From Poseidonia sp. (GTDB taxonomy: Archaea > Thermoplasmatota > Poseidoniia > Poseidoniales > Poseidoniaceae): a stretch of 64,000 nt of DNA. Position numbers and translations under genes: made by a program. The notes under the pieces were generated by a model that was given only the letters and a program-made list of their open reading frames with translations, made no database searches and was not told the DNA's origin. Shown here one piece after another: positions 29,239 through 38,744 of this stretch (position 1 is its first letter; each line of letters starts with the position of its first letter). Where the stretch lies: assembly GCA_030827475.1 (NCBI GenBank), contig JAUREJ010000005.1, forward strand, positions 2,128-66,127, in the 5' to 3' direction.

Positions 29239-29308
29239 TGTCGGTTTGGGCATGCACAGGGTGGCCTTTATCATGGGTAGGCGGCTCGCCGCAACTGGAG
29301 AGAAAAGA

Positions 29309-29998
29309 ATGTCCCAAGGTCAATCCGGCGCCGAGCAGCGCCTAGTGACCCCGGGAATGGCCGTTGGGCCATCCACCGGGAAGCGAGCAGGCAGCGGAGT
29401 TGTCGCCGCCAACGATACCTTCATCGCCACCCAACTGGGTTGGCTTCGAGAACGAAATTCCACCGTTTCGGTTGACCCCATCAACGCAGCCTACATGCCA
29501 CGTTCGGGCGATCTCGTCATCGGTATGGTGGCCGAGGTCCGAAACAACTTGTGGTTCATGGACATCAACGGGTCGTTTCAGGGCTTGCTTCCCATGTCCC
29601 TCGCACCTTGGAAAGTTGAGTTCGGGGGCGCTCGCCAACACATGGATGTCGGCGATGTGGTCCTGGCCCGCGTCCAGGAAGTCGACGAATGCCACAACGT
29701 GGTTCTGACCATGAAGGGTGTTGGCCTTCGCCGCCTCAATCAAGGCGCCGTGGAGCGTCTTCCCGTTCAGCACATCGACCGCATTCGAGGCGAGAACAAT
29801 GAGCGCCTTCAACGGTTGCGCGATGCATGCGATTGTCGAATTATGGTAGGCGAAAACGGCCGTGTTTGGATCGACGGTTCCCCCGAAGGCATCCGTTGGG
29901 CAAGAAAAGCAGTCCACGCACTCGCTTCATCCGGGCACCGAACGGACATTGACGAACTTCTTACAACTTTGGAAAACGAATTGAAAGGTGATGCATGA
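29309..29998 (+). CDS. rrp4: Exosome complex RNA-binding protein Rrp4 (S1 + KH)
   Basis: VTPGMAVG..., S1-like PRSGDLVIGMVAEVRNNLWFMDING, KH-like C-terminus. An ATG at 29309 is preceded by GGAGAGAAAAG. The ORF opens at 29216. Confidence 0.85.
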   Translation: MSQGQSGAEQRLVTPGMAVGPSTGKRAGSGVVAANDTFIATQLGWLRERNSTVSVDPINAAYMPRSGDLVIGMVAEVRNNLWFMDINGSFQGLLPMSLAPWKVEFGGARQHMDVGDVVLARVQEVDECHNVVLTMKGVGLRRLNQGAVERLPVQHIDRIRGENNERLQRLRDACDCRIMVGENGRVWIDGSPEGIRWARKAVHALASSGHRTDIDELLTTLENELKGDA

Positions 29999-30726
29999 TG
30001 GGTGGATATGGAGATGTACAACTGCTACGCGACGACGGGCTTCGGCTCGACGGTCGAAAAATTGACGAAATGCGACCGGTGAGCATCGAAGCAGGTGTTC
30101 TTCCTGCTGCCGACGGCTCTGCTATGGTGACGCACGGTCTCAACGTGGCCGTCGCTGCGGTTTACGGCCCTATGGAAGCTCACCCTCGCAAAATTCAGCG
30201 TCAAGACCGGGCGGTCATTGATGTGCGTTACAACATGGCGCCCTTCTCTACCTCGGACCGCATTCGGCCCGGATTCAACCGCCGCTCTCGAGAAATCTCC
30301 AAGGTTACGGCTGAAGCTCTGGAATCGGTTGTTCTCGTCGAGCGCTATCCTCGCTCGAAAATCCGAGTTGAGATTGAAATTCTCGCTGCAGAAGCCGGCA
30401 CACGATGCGTCGGCATCACTGCAGCGGCCGTCGCTCTTGCTGACGCTGGCATTCCGATGCGGGATCTCATCGTCGGCGTGGCTTCCGGAAAGGTCGAAGA
30501 CACCGTTGTGCTTGACCTTGACAAGGCTGAAGACAACTACGGTCAAGCCGACCTTCCTGTTGGAATCCTTCCAAATACGGGCGAAATCGCCTTCCTTCAG
30601 ATGGACGGTGACCTCTCCCCCGATGAGTTTAATCTGGCCATGGAGTACAACTTCAAAGCCGCCAAAGAAATTCATGAAATCATGGTGGATGCACTCCGTC
30701 GCCGATACGAAGGAGGTGAAGTTTGA
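29995..30726 (+). CDS. rrp41: Exosome complex exonuclease Rrp41 (RNase PH domain)
   Basis: LRLDGRKIDEMRPVSIEAGVLPAADGSA... is an RNase PH fold. Its ATG overlaps the rrp4 stop (ATGA). Confidence 0.9.
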   Translation: MMGGYGDVQLLRDDGLRLDGRKIDEMRPVSIEAGVLPAADGSAMVTHGLNVAVAAVYGPMEAHPRKIQRQDRAVIDVRYNMAPFSTSDRIRPGFNRRSREISKVTAEALESVVLVERYPRSKIRVEIEILAAEAGTRCVGITAAAVALADAGIPMRDLIVGVASGKVEDTVVLDLDKAEDNYGQADLPVGILPNTGEIAFLQMDGDLSPDEFNLAMEYNFKAAKEIHEIMVDALRRRYEGGEV

Positions 30727-31511
30727 TGCCCGAACTCGTTCCCGCTTTGCTTCGCCAAGAACTCGCCCGTCTTGCTGACGAGGATAAGCGCCTCGACGGT
30801 CGAGGTCGCTGGGACGGCCGCGAGGTCTCCTTGGAAGTCGATTGCCTGTACAACGCCGAAGGCTCTGCCAAGGTTATTATCGGGGGCACGGTTGTCTATG
30901 CCGGTGTCAAATTTGAGTTGCGAACACCTTGGCCAGACCGTCCCACACAAGGCTCCTTGATGTGCGGTGCTGAACTCCGTCCAGTCGCTGGTCGCAAGTA
31001 CGAACCCGGTCCCCCCTCGCCCGAATCGATTGAACTCGGTCGTGTTGTTGACCGTGGCATTCGTGAGTCAGGCTGCATTAACATGGACAGCCTCTGTATC
31101 GTACCTGGCGAGAAGGTTTGGGGCATCATGATCGATATCCACGTTCTCTCCGACCAGGGCAATATCTTCGACGCGTGCGGACTTGCTGCCATCGCAGCAC
31201 TTCGAACGGCTATGGTCCCTGCTGAACGCTTTGACGTTGGCGAGGACCACCGTCTGGAAGTGAACGGCACGCCGATCATGGCGTCGTTCACTCGAGTTGG
31301 CGGCCGTTATGTCTTGGACGCATCTGAGGAAGAAGAGTTGGGCGGTGACGAACGCATTCACATCACCCTCGGGGATGAAGGGCATCTCCATTCGTTACAG
31401 AAGGGGCTAAAAGGAGTGTTCACTCCCGCCGAGTTTGCCGAGATCTTTGAGGTGGCGCAACAACGGTGTGTTGAACTTCGAAAACTCGTTGCGGAAAAGG
31501 AGGGGAATTGA
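30726..31511 (+). CDS. rrp42: Exosome complex subunit Rrp42 (RNase PH-like, inactive)
   Basis: RLDGRGRWDGREVSLEVDCLYNAEGSAKV. Its ATG overlaps the rrp41 stop (TGATG). Confidence 0.85.
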   Translation: MPELVPALLRQELARLADEDKRLDGRGRWDGREVSLEVDCLYNAEGSAKVIIGGTVVYAGVKFELRTPWPDRPTQGSLMCGAELRPVAGRKYEPGPPSPESIELGRVVDRGIRESGCINMDSLCIVPGEKVWGIMIDIHVLSDQGNIFDACGLAAIAALRTAMVPAERFDVGEDHRLEVNGTPIMASFTRVGGRYVLDASEEEELGGDERIHITLGDEGHLHSLQKGLKGVFTPAEFAEIFEVAQQRCVELRKLVAEKEGN

Positions 31512-31904
31512 TTGGCCAAGCGAACCCAAAAAGCAGGTGCAACAGCACGATTTGGAGCACGCTACGGTGTGTCCGTCCGCCGAAATGCGGGTGCCGCCAT
31601 GGCGAAGCGATCCCGGAAGTACACCTGTCCCGTCTGCCAGTACCCCAAGGTTGAGCGTCAATCCGTCGGTATCTGGTCCTGCAAGAAGTGCGATCACACC
31701 TTCGCCGGTGGTGCTTGGGAACCGTTCACCCGTGCATCCGATGCGAACAACCGCATTCTCCGTCGCTCTGTCGAAGGTGCGACCACGGCCGATATGGCCT
31801 TCATCGCACAGGAGGCAGCCATGAACTACGAGCGTGAACTCGCCAACCGCGCACCGGTCGGTGAAGAAGAGGCCGCTCCAGAGGCTGCCGACGAAGAAGA
31901 GTGA
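31512..31904 (+). CDS. rpl37ae: Ribosomal protein L37Ae (eL43) with an acidic C-terminal extension
   Basis: KRTQKAGATARFGARYG and the zinc ribbon CPVCQ..CKKCDHTFAGGAW. TTG start directly after the rrp42 stop. An extra tail of ~40 aa ends EEEAAPEAADEEE. Confidence 0.85.
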   Translation: MAKRTQKAGATARFGARYGVSVRRNAGAAMAKRSRKYTCPVCQYPKVERQSVGIWSCKKCDHTFAGGAWEPFTRASDANNRILRRSVEGATTADMAFIAQEAAMNYERELANRAPVGEEEAAPEAADEEE

Positions 31905-32146
31905 TTCGGAGCGGGGCGCCCATGTGGCAACTCAACCTTACCATCGCCTCACGCTCAACCGATGACACGCGAGCATTGGCTGCGTGCCTCGCCACCGATT
32001 GCGATGTTACATGGCTCAATGAAGACGCTTTTTCTCTTCACCTTGAAGAAGCCGCCTGCAAGGACTTGCGAGCGATGTGGAACACCCGCCTTCGTGGTCT
32101 TATTGCAACGGATAACGTGCTGAAGGTGTTCGGAAAGCATTCTTGA
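31901..32146 (+). CDS. KEOPS subunit Pcc1-like protein
   Basis: 81 aa. The C-terminal ACKDLRAMWNTRLRGLIATDNVLKVF resembles the Pcc1 ..ALRa..NSyLRwi.. helix. Its superoperon position next to L37Ae and prefoldin beta fits. GTG start overlaps the preceding stop. Confidence 0.55.
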   Translation: MIRSGAPMWQLNLTIASRSTDDTRALAACLATDCDVTWLNEDAFSLHLEEAACKDLRAMWNTRLRGLIATDNVLKVFGKHS

Positions 32147-32490
32147 ACCACGGCCTCGCCCTGTGGATTGGTGAGCCTGTGGAAAACATCGATCAACTTC
32201 AACTGGTGGTTGCCGAAGTCCAAGCAGCCCGTCAGCAAGTCAGCAGCGTTCGTGCCCAAGTCCAAGAATTGGAGGGCACCATTGCAGCGGTGCAATCCCA
32301 GCCAGAGGGTCTCGCTCTGCACCGTCAATTGGGCGGTGTTTTGATTGAAGTAGCCGACCGAGAAGCGTTGATTTCTGACCTCAAAGAAACGCTTGTTTCG
32401 TTGACCACCCACCTTGAACGGTTCTCTGAGCGGGAAAAACAGTTGATTCAAACCTATGAGGAGTTGAAAAAGTCCCTGCAAGGTGCTTGA
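32143..32490 (+). CDS. pfdB: Prefoldin subunit beta
   Basis: 115-aa coiled-coil / beta-hairpin / coiled-coil layout (QLQLVVAEVQAARQQV...LHRQLGGVLIEV...EREKQLIQTYEELKKSL) in the conserved superoperon position. Confidence 0.7.
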   Translation: MNHGLALWIGEPVENIDQLQLVVAEVQAARQQVSSVRAQVQELEGTIAAVQSQPEGLALHRQLGGVLIEVADREALISDLKETLVSLTTHLERFSEREKQLIQTYEELKKSLQGA

Positions 32491-33500
32491 CAATGAAGGA
32501 CGAATCGTTCGTTGTGAATGACCTTCAGCGTCTGCATGAATGGCTTCTGTCCGCGGTGTCAAACGGACCCGTGGCGGTGATCACCGGTAAAAACGGAGAC
32601 ATGGACACTGTCGGTTCAGCGGTTGCACTCGCTGCAAGTCACCCCAGCATGATGGCCTTTGGGCTTCACCTCGGAAGGCTAGCAAAGCAACTTGTCGACC
32701 AGCACCGAGCCCCATTCCGTAAAGTCGCTCAAAACCATGCGGCGTGGCCAACCGAACTTGCAGCCGCTGTGGTCGTTGACGCGGCCTCGCCCGAACAGGT
32801 TGGCTTTCCAATGCCGGATGTACCGCTTTGCATCATCGATCATCACGCAACGGATGCTTGGGAACTCGGTGAAAACGATTTGGCCTTGAAATGGGATGTA
32901 CGTTCAACCACCGAGGTGGTTTCACGTTACCTCGAACGTCATGTTCCTGAAGCATTAACACCACCAGTTTGCGAATTCCTCTTGGCCGGTTTGGTCTCGG
33001 ACACCGGTCGGTTCCGCCACGCAGACAGCGGTGCCTTCCGCACTGCTGCCTTGCTCGTTGAGCGTGGTGAAATCGATTATCAGGTCTTCATTGAATCCCT
33101 TGAAGACCAATCCCCCAGCCCGAGCGATAGGGGAGCCATCCTTCGTGGATTGCAACGTGCAGACGCCACTGAAGCCGGCCCCTGGACCGTCCTGCGCACC
33201 ACCTCAGGAACATTGGAGGGGAGGGTTGCAAGCCTCCTCAACGGTTTAGGGGCTGACGCTGTGGTCGTAACACGCCATCGTCACGGTGAAACGCGTCTTA
33301 CCGTACGTGCTCCTCGCTCAAGTGTTCTTGCTGGCTTGCACATGGGCGTCATCATGGAACGGGTTGCTCAATCCATCGGTGGCGAGGGTGGAGGACATGA
33401 CGGCGCAGCAGGTTGGGCAGGCAATGCTGACCCCATTGCAGCCGAAACAGCATTCCTTGATGCCGTGGCGCGAGTGAAGAGGCAGGAGGTTGGACCATGA
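32487..33500 (+). CDS. DHH/DHHA1-family phosphoesterase (NrnA/RecJ-like)
   Basis: GDMDTVGSAVAL, VVDAASP, IIDHH, SDTGRFRH and GGGHDGAAG are DHH motifs I-IV plus the DHHA1 GGGH. A likely ATG lies at 32493. Confidence 0.8.
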   Translation: MTMKDESFVVNDLQRLHEWLLSAVSNGPVAVITGKNGDMDTVGSAVALAASHPSMMAFGLHLGRLAKQLVDQHRAPFRKVAQNHAAWPTELAAAVVVDAASPEQVGFPMPDVPLCIIDHHATDAWELGENDLALKWDVRSTTEVVSRYLERHVPEALTPPVCEFLLAGLVSDTGRFRHADSGAFRTAALLVERGEIDYQVFIESLEDQSPSPSDRGAILRGLQRADATEAGPWTVLRTTSGTLEGRVASLLNGLGADAVVVTRHRHGETRLTVRAPRSSVLAGLHMGVIMERVAQSIGGEGGGHDGAAGWAGNADPIAAETAFLDAVARVKRQEVGP

Positions 33501-34567
33501 CCGTCATTGACACGCCCGTTGGACCGGGGATTTTCGTTTCAAAGTGGAGGGAAGAAGGCCCGGTGGGCAGCGACGTTCTTCTCTCTTGGAAAGAGGATAT
33601 GAACTGGCCATCGTGGTTAATCCTCGCAGAAGCTGCCCTTTTCATGGATGCACCGGAACTTCTTGACGCCATGGACCCGCACCTGACGGCGGGTGAGCGT
33701 GCAGTTCTTGGCTTGGTGCGTCGCCGGTGGCTTGGCGATACGCATCTTGAAGAGGCGATTGAAGAGGCGCTTCAAGTTGTTCGCGCACCGGATACACGAG
33801 ACTTGGCCCTTGAAGGCCGCCTCAGAATGGAACGTGGCCTTGCGAGATTTGAACGCGGCGATGCAACTGGTGCAGAGGACGACCTGACCTGGGCTGAAGT
33901 CCGCTTGAAGTCCGTTGCAAAAGCGAGCAGAGATCACGACTTGTCGTTGCTGAACAAAGCGGCCTATCACATGGCGCAAGGCGAATCTCTGATGGCGCTT
34001 CAGGTGTATGGGGACATTTCAAGGAATGGCGGACATGCTCACGAAACAATCGCCATCTCCCGGCTCGGTGCCAGCAGAATTCGCCAAGCCTTAGGTCACA
34101 CTTTTGACGCCTGTCGACATGCTTGGAACGCCCATAAACACGCCATCCTCGCATCGCAAATTCAAATGGCGATTGAAGCAGGGGCGTTATTCCTTGACCT
34201 TGCATGCGAGCATCAGAACAGGGAGGCTGAGCCGATGCACGTTCAGGTTGAACAAGCAAAACCCATCGACCTCAATGAAGTTCGGCCGATGTTGGAGGTG
34301 CACCCTGACGACATCAACGGTGTTTTTGATTGGTGCGTAGAACATATGGATGCTGGATTTAGCGGAGTTGAACGTCCCGATGTTCGAGCGATGTTAACGC
34401 TCGCCCATCGCATGGATCGGATGGAACGGTTTGCAGCCTTGATGCAAGACCCCTCCCAAGTGGACGACCCGATGTTGGCTGCGGTGGCGCAAGCATGCGC
34501 TGAAACCGAAGAAGAAACCAAGGTTTGGGGTCAACGCCTCGCAGTTCTCACCTCGTTGACCTCATGA
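33497..34567 (+). CDS. Hypothetical all-helical (TPR-like) protein
   Basis: 356-aa ORF coupled by an ATGA overlap to the DHH gene. Helical-repeat character, no catalytic motif recognised. Confidence 0.5.
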   Translation: MTVIDTPVGPGIFVSKWREEGPVGSDVLLSWKEDMNWPSWLILAEAALFMDAPELLDAMDPHLTAGERAVLGLVRRRWLGDTHLEEAIEEALQVVRAPDTRDLALEGRLRMERGLARFERGDATGAEDDLTWAEVRLKSVAKASRDHDLSLLNKAAYHMAQGESLMALQVYGDISRNGGHAHETIAISRLGASRIRQALGHTFDACRHAWNAHKHAILASQIQMAIEAGALFLDLACEHQNREAEPMHVQVEQAKPIDLNEVRPMLEVHPDDINGVFDWCVEHMDAGFSGVERPDVRAMLTLAHRMDRMERFAALMQDPSQVDDPMLAAVAQACAETEEETKVWGQRLAVLTSLTS

Positions 34568-34999
34568 TGAGAAAAGACGAGCGAGGTCTTCGAATTCCTG
34601 TTCTGTCCACGCGATGACGGACGGCGTGGTTGACCACCACCGGACCGAAGCCACCTTCTCGTCGTCCACGAACCAAGCGTCCGAGGTTGTTGGAGGAACA
34701 CGGACATGACCGACCCACCCTTCGGGGTAATACGTGCGATTCCACGAAACCAATTTTCCAGACAAACCGGTCTCTTCTTTGAGTTCTCTGCAAAGGGCGA
34801 TGTCGGGCGCTTCACCTTCCTCGAGGTGACCACCAGGGATTTCCCAACCTCGTTCAGGATGTTCAACGAAGAGAACACGACCCCCTTCTCCCATTGGCGT
34901 AGGTTCTTCGCCTTCAACGGTCACCCATGCAAGCACAAAGCGGGGGCGAACATCGGTCACCTTCTCACCTACCATTCCGATTGTATGCGTACAAGCCAC
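34562..34999 (-). CDS. NUDIX hydrolase
   Basis: Nudix box GGHLEEGEAPDIALCRELKEETGL. Confidence 0.8.
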   Translation of the reverse strand: MACTHTIGMVGEKVTDVRPRFVLAWVTVEGEEPTPMGEGGRVLFVEHPERGWEIPGGHLEEGEAPDIALCRELKEETGLSGKLVSWNRTYYPEGWVGHVRVPPTTSDAWFVDDEKVASVRWWSTTPSVIAWTEQEFEDLARLFSS

Positions 35000-35967
35000 G
35001 CTTCAGCCCACGATTCTCCGCTGGCGACCAGACGTCTGGCGAGGAAGAAAGCAGCCTGGACATCTCCTTTTTCAAGCAAGGTTGCAAGTTTTGTTTCGTC
35101 CGGGTGCGCCGTGTTTTCTTCGGTCAGATTTTGAGGGTCGGCTCTTTTTTCCTCGGGTGAAGAGATTCGGTCGGTCAGGGTTTGCATGCCCTTCAAAAAC
35201 GCCTCTCGGTGTTCGATGGTTGGACCGGACCATGCTTTCTTTTCCTCACCGTCCATGTTTCCCTTCAGGCGCTCAAGGAAGCGATCCCGCTCCTCGCTGT
35301 GCGGCCGCAACTGTTGAACTTGGTCGTAACATGACCATGCATGGTCGGCTTCGCCTCGACGTTCGTGCAGGCGTCCGAGTTCAAGCCACAACTCATGGTT
35401 CATCGGCCGGTGGGCGAGCAAGTGCCGTGCAAGGTCGATGAACATCTCGATGTGTCCTGCAGAGCGGATTCTCTCGAGACGGCGCCCGTAGACGATGTTG
35501 GCCCTTTGGTCACGGAAATCAAGCCTTCGACAACGCTCTGCGAACTGGTCAAGCGTGGAACGGGGTTGGTTGCCCGACACCTGTTTCCACCACATTTCGG
35601 GGTCCAGAGCATCGTTTGCGAAGGTTGCTTCGAGCAAGGTTCTCCCGTGAGCAAGGAAGTCAATGCCCTTGAGTTGTTCAACTTGCTCGGGGTCTCTGCC
35701 GAGGACGCTGAAGACATCTTCAAGAACGGTGTGCAAGCCCTCGGCGTCGCCGTTCAGCACTTTTAATTCGGCAAGACAACGCCAATTTCTCTCGTCCGTA
35801 AAATCATGGAGAAGGGCCTGGCGAGCATTCTGCTCTGCCCAGGCAAGGTTCTCCTTGGAACGTGAAGGGTCGTCTTTTGCCAGTTTTGCAAATTTTTGTG
35901 CTGTTGAGCGGTACCGATTCCCAAGGTTCCTTCGCGGATGCTGGAGAAGGTCTTGGCTGTCGCTCAT
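34969..35967 (-). CDS. Hypothetical TPR-like helical repeat protein
   Basis: 332-aa ORF between the UbiD-family and NUDIX genes on the same strand. It has repeated W/L/A-rich helix pairs (e.g. ELWLELGRLHERRGEADHAWSCYDQV). Confidence 0.5.
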   Translation of the reverse strand: MSDSQDLLQHPRRNLGNRYRSTAQKFAKLAKDDPSRSKENLAWAEQNARQALLHDFTDERNWRCLAELKVLNGDAEGLHTVLEDVFSVLGRDPEQVEQLKGIDFLAHGRTLLEATFANDALDPEMWWKQVSGNQPRSTLDQFAERCRRLDFRDQRANIVYGRRLERIRSAGHIEMFIDLARHLLAHRPMNHELWLELGRLHERRGEADHAWSCYDQVQQLRPHSEERDRFLERLKGNMDGEEKKAWSGPTIEHREAFLKGMQTLTDRISSPEEKRADPQNLTEENTAHPDETKLATLLEKGDVQAAFFLARRLVASGESWAEAWLVRIQSEW

Positions 35968-35976
35968 GAAATCGCC

Positions 35977-37248
35977 TCATTGAACGGACATGAAACCCGA
36001 TGGGTCCACACCGTGGTCAATGGTGGCATCGTACCCTATTTTTGAGGTGTTGCCGTCATCGTACCTTGATGGGTCCAAGGAACTCCCCTTTTGGTTGCTG
36101 AGAATCAGCGTGTCCTTGTCGGGCTGCCAGCGGGTCATCAGGGCCCATTCCACGCGTACGGGGTCCGTGATGTCGATGTCTTCGTCGACCACAGTCACCA
36201 TCTTCATGCTCTTGTGTCCGTCGAAAGCTGCCTTGATGGCTTTCATCCCGTCATCAGGGTTGACTTTCTTGATTTTCAAAACCGCACCAAGCCAACCACA
36301 ACCGCCCTCGGTCATGTGCACATCGGTGCAGGTCACCACCTTATTCACAGCGTCTTTGATGGTCGGTGCGCGAGGGAGACCCATCAGCGTCTTGTGTTCA
36401 GCCTCTCCGGGAATCAACGCGTGAAAGATGGGTTCCTTCCTGTGGGATAACCCATCAATTTCGATCACCGGTTCTTGACGGATATCGTCAACGGTTCCGG
36501 TGATGTCGACGTACGGTCCTTCCTCATCGTCCTCGAGGGTGATTCGCCCCCACCACACGTATTCTGCGTCGGCGGGTGCGTGAACGCCGTTTGGTAATTT
36601 GACAAGTTGGAGAGGGTTGCCGTACAGCTTTTCATGCAACGCAGCAGCGATGGTTAACTCGTCGATGTTTTCGTTGAAGGACATTGCAGCTGCGAGCAAA
36701 ACAACGGGGTCGGGGGCGTTAACGATGGCGACGTGCACTTCTCGCCCTTCCGCTCTTGCGTTCATCACCATGGTGCGCAGATGCCGGGGGACGAGTCGAA
36801 CCACGAGGTGATTTGCATCCCTGAGAAATTGTCGGTGGAAGGAAACGTTTCGTATGCCGTTGTCTTCGGCGATGATAATGCTCGCAGAAGAGTATCGCCC
36901 TCGGTCTTGTGGCCAATGGTGTGGAATCGGGATGGTTCGCAAATCGACTTGGTCGGGTTGCACTTCGCAACAAGGCGCTTCGGTTGGAGCAACGGTCACC
37001 GGTTGGCCTGGATGCTTCATGGCCCAGCCCAAGGTGTCGATGTACGCTTCAGGTTCAATCCCGATTGCAGCGCACAACCGGTCCCTTGTCAACATGTTTA
37101 CCGCCGCACGGTGACCGGGGCATTCCTGAATCGTGTTGAACACGGTCATGGCGTGGCCGCTGGCCTTTGAGTGGTTGAGCATACCGTGCACGAGACTCAC
37201 CGGAGCGTTCTCGTGTTCAGCGGCGCCAAGATGGTCGCGAAAGGCCAT
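35977..37248 (-). CDS. UbiD-family (prenyl-FMN-dependent) decarboxylase
   Basis: UbiD-like blocks: QPDQVDLRTIPIPHHWPQDRGRYSSASIIIAEDNGIRNVSFHR, EEGPYVDITG and GGCGWLGAVLKIKK. An ATG at 37248 (MAFRDHLG) is preceded by GGAGAAACC. The ORF opens at 37383. Confidence 0.8.
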   Translation of the reverse strand: MAFRDHLGAAEHENAPVSLVHGMLNHSKASGHAMTVFNTIQECPGHRAAVNMLTRDRLCAAIGIEPEAYIDTLGWAMKHPGQPVTVAPTEAPCCEVQPDQVDLRTIPIPHHWPQDRGRYSSASIIIAEDNGIRNVSFHRQFLRDANHLVVRLVPRHLRTMVMNARAEGREVHVAIVNAPDPVVLLAAAMSFNENIDELTIAAALHEKLYGNPLQLVKLPNGVHAPADAEYVWWGRITLEDDEEGPYVDITGTVDDIRQEPVIEIDGLSHRKEPIFHALIPGEAEHKTLMGLPRAPTIKDAVNKVVTCTDVHMTEGGCGWLGAVLKIKKVNPDDGMKAIKAAFDGHKSMKMVTVVDEDIDITDPVRVEWALMTRWQPDKDTLILSNQKGSSLDPSRYDDGNTSKIGYDATIDHGVDPSGFMSVQ

Positions 37249-37356
37249 GGTTTCTCCACACCGGCGCATTGCTTGAAGTTGTTCCTGAAATTTGAACAGG
37301 GGCACGGGGTCAAAACCAAATGACGCCGCCTTGGTTCCGCTCGTCGTGAGGGATTT

Positions 37357-37365
37357 GATTAAATA
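37357..37365 (+). promoter_or_regulatory. TATA-like box upstream of the S12-S7-EF2 operon
   Basis: GATTAAATA lies ~40 nt upstream of the rps12 ATG. A GAGGTG Shine-Dalgarno sits at 37395-37400. Confidence 0.3.
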
Positions 37366-37403
37366 GGGGCGGTAAGTCGGCAACTTGCTTCAATGAGGTG
37401 AAC

Positions 37404-37835
37404 ATGATGGGCAGAGGACTCTTCGCAGGTGCTAAGATGGCCAAGGACCGACAAAAGTTTCGTTGGTCAGACCGTCGATACAAGAAGCGCATGTTGAAGT
37501 CGCGGGCCAAGCATGACCCTCTTGCGGGGTCGACCCAAGCCAAGGGTATCGTTGTCGAAAAAGTCGGCATCGAGGCCAAGCAGCCCAACTCCGGAATCCG
37601 AAAGGCCGTGAAAATCTCCCTCATCAAAAACGGCAACAAACTCACCGCCTTTGCTCCCGGCGACGGAGCCATCAACTTCATCGATGAGCACGATGAAGTC
37701 ATGGTGGAAGGTATCGGTGGGCGCATGGGCCGGTCATACGGTGACATCCCAGGAGTTCGCTACAAAGTCATTCAAGTCAACGGCGTCTCGCTTGATGAGA
37801 TGGTCCGAGGGCGCAAGGAGAAACCTGTCCGTTGA
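37404..37835 (+). CDS. rps12: Ribosomal protein S12 (uS12)
   Basis: [52 protein letters not shown]. An ATG at 37404 follows the GAGGTG SD. Confidence 0.95.
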   Translation: MMGRGLFAGAKMAKDRQKFRWSDRRYKKRMLKSRAKHDPLAGSTQAKGIVVEKVGIEAKQPNSGIRKAVKISLIKNGNKLTAFAPGDGAINFIDEHDEVMVEGIGGRMGRSYGDIPGVRYKVIQVNGVSLDEMVRGRKEKPVR

Positions 37836-37842
37836 GGTGTTG

Positions 37843-38457
37843 ATGATGAGCGAGGAAGAATCCATAGTTGTTGAAGTCAAACCCATCGCTGGAATCGGCA
37901 CTAAGGTTTTCGGAAAGTGGGATGCTTCCGAAGTCACGTGCCGGGACCCCGGACTCGCTCCCTACATCAACTTGACAACGGTCGGTGTCCCTCATACCGG
38001 TGGTCGACACGCCAATGCCTGGTTTGGAAAATCCAAGCTCTCCGTCGTTGAGCGCTACATCAACAAACTCATGCGCACCGGTCCTTACACCGGCAAAAAA
38101 ATGGGCGCTATGAAGGCTTTTGAGGGCGCCTTGGACCACATCGCTGAACGCTCTGGGAACAACCCCCTCCAAGTCTTTGTTGACGCCATCTGTTCGGCAG
38201 CCCCCATGGAAGAGATCACCCGAATCAAGTTTGGTGCCGTCTCCCAGCCAAAGGCCGTTGACTCCTCACCGTCTCGCCGCCTCGATATCGCCCTCGCCAA
38301 TTTGGCCAAGGGCGCCCAACAGGGGACGCACAAGTCCAAGCGCACCCTGCAGAGTTGCATCATCAACGAGCTCACGAAAGCCAGCGATGGTGATGTGACT
38401 TCCTACGCCGTAAGCAAGAAAGAAGAACTTGAGCGCATCGCTGCCTCGGCTCGTTGA
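37843..38457 (+). CDS. rps7: Ribosomal protein S7 (uS7)
   Basis: KVFGKWDASEVTCRDPGLAPYINL...ERYINKLMRTG...AICSAAPMEEITR. An ATG at 37843 lies in frame inside the longer track ORF 37651..38457, which overlaps rps12. Confidence 0.9.
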   Translation: MMSEEESIVVEVKPIAGIGTKVFGKWDASEVTCRDPGLAPYINLTTVGVPHTGGRHANAWFGKSKLSVVERYINKLMRTGPYTGKKMGAMKAFEGALDHIAERSGNNPLQVFVDAICSAAPMEEITRIKFGAVSQPKAVDSSPSRRLDIALANLAKGAQQGTHKSKRTLQSCIINELTKASDGDVTSYAVSKKEELERIAASAR

Positions 38458-38710
38458 AGCACCGGGGTCTTTGCGCCACGCTCTTGCATGGGTGTTGTTG
38501 AGGCAAGTTCTCAATCCATTGAGCCGTTGCTTCCAACCTCGGCCTCCTTTGTTTCCCGGACAAAGCCTCGCCTTGACAGGGGTCACTCCTGGTGCTTCCG
38601 TTTCACGCCATCATGGCTCAAGTCTTCACGGATTGAGAGCCGTGTTTGGGTTGCACCGTTTCGCCCTCAGCGATGCCGTTCCGGGAGGTCTTCAACGCGG
38701 CACTTAAGAA

Positions 38711-38744
38711 CCCGGTTCAGGTGGGCAGGGACAACCGAACCGGG
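38711..38744 (+). promoter_or_regulatory. Perfect 8-bp stem hairpin ending 8 nt upstream of the EF-2 start codon
   Basis: CCCGGTTC (38711-18), an 18-nt loop, then GAACCGGG (38737-44). The 3' arm overlaps the GGGTGG SD-like element before the ATG at 38753. Confidence 0.3.

Noticed and set aside
37651-38457. The 268-aa ORF-track version of rps7, starting inside rps12.
   Set aside because: The N-terminal 64 codons overlap rps12 in another frame and lack S7 similarity. The ATG at 37843 gives the canonical S7 N-terminus.
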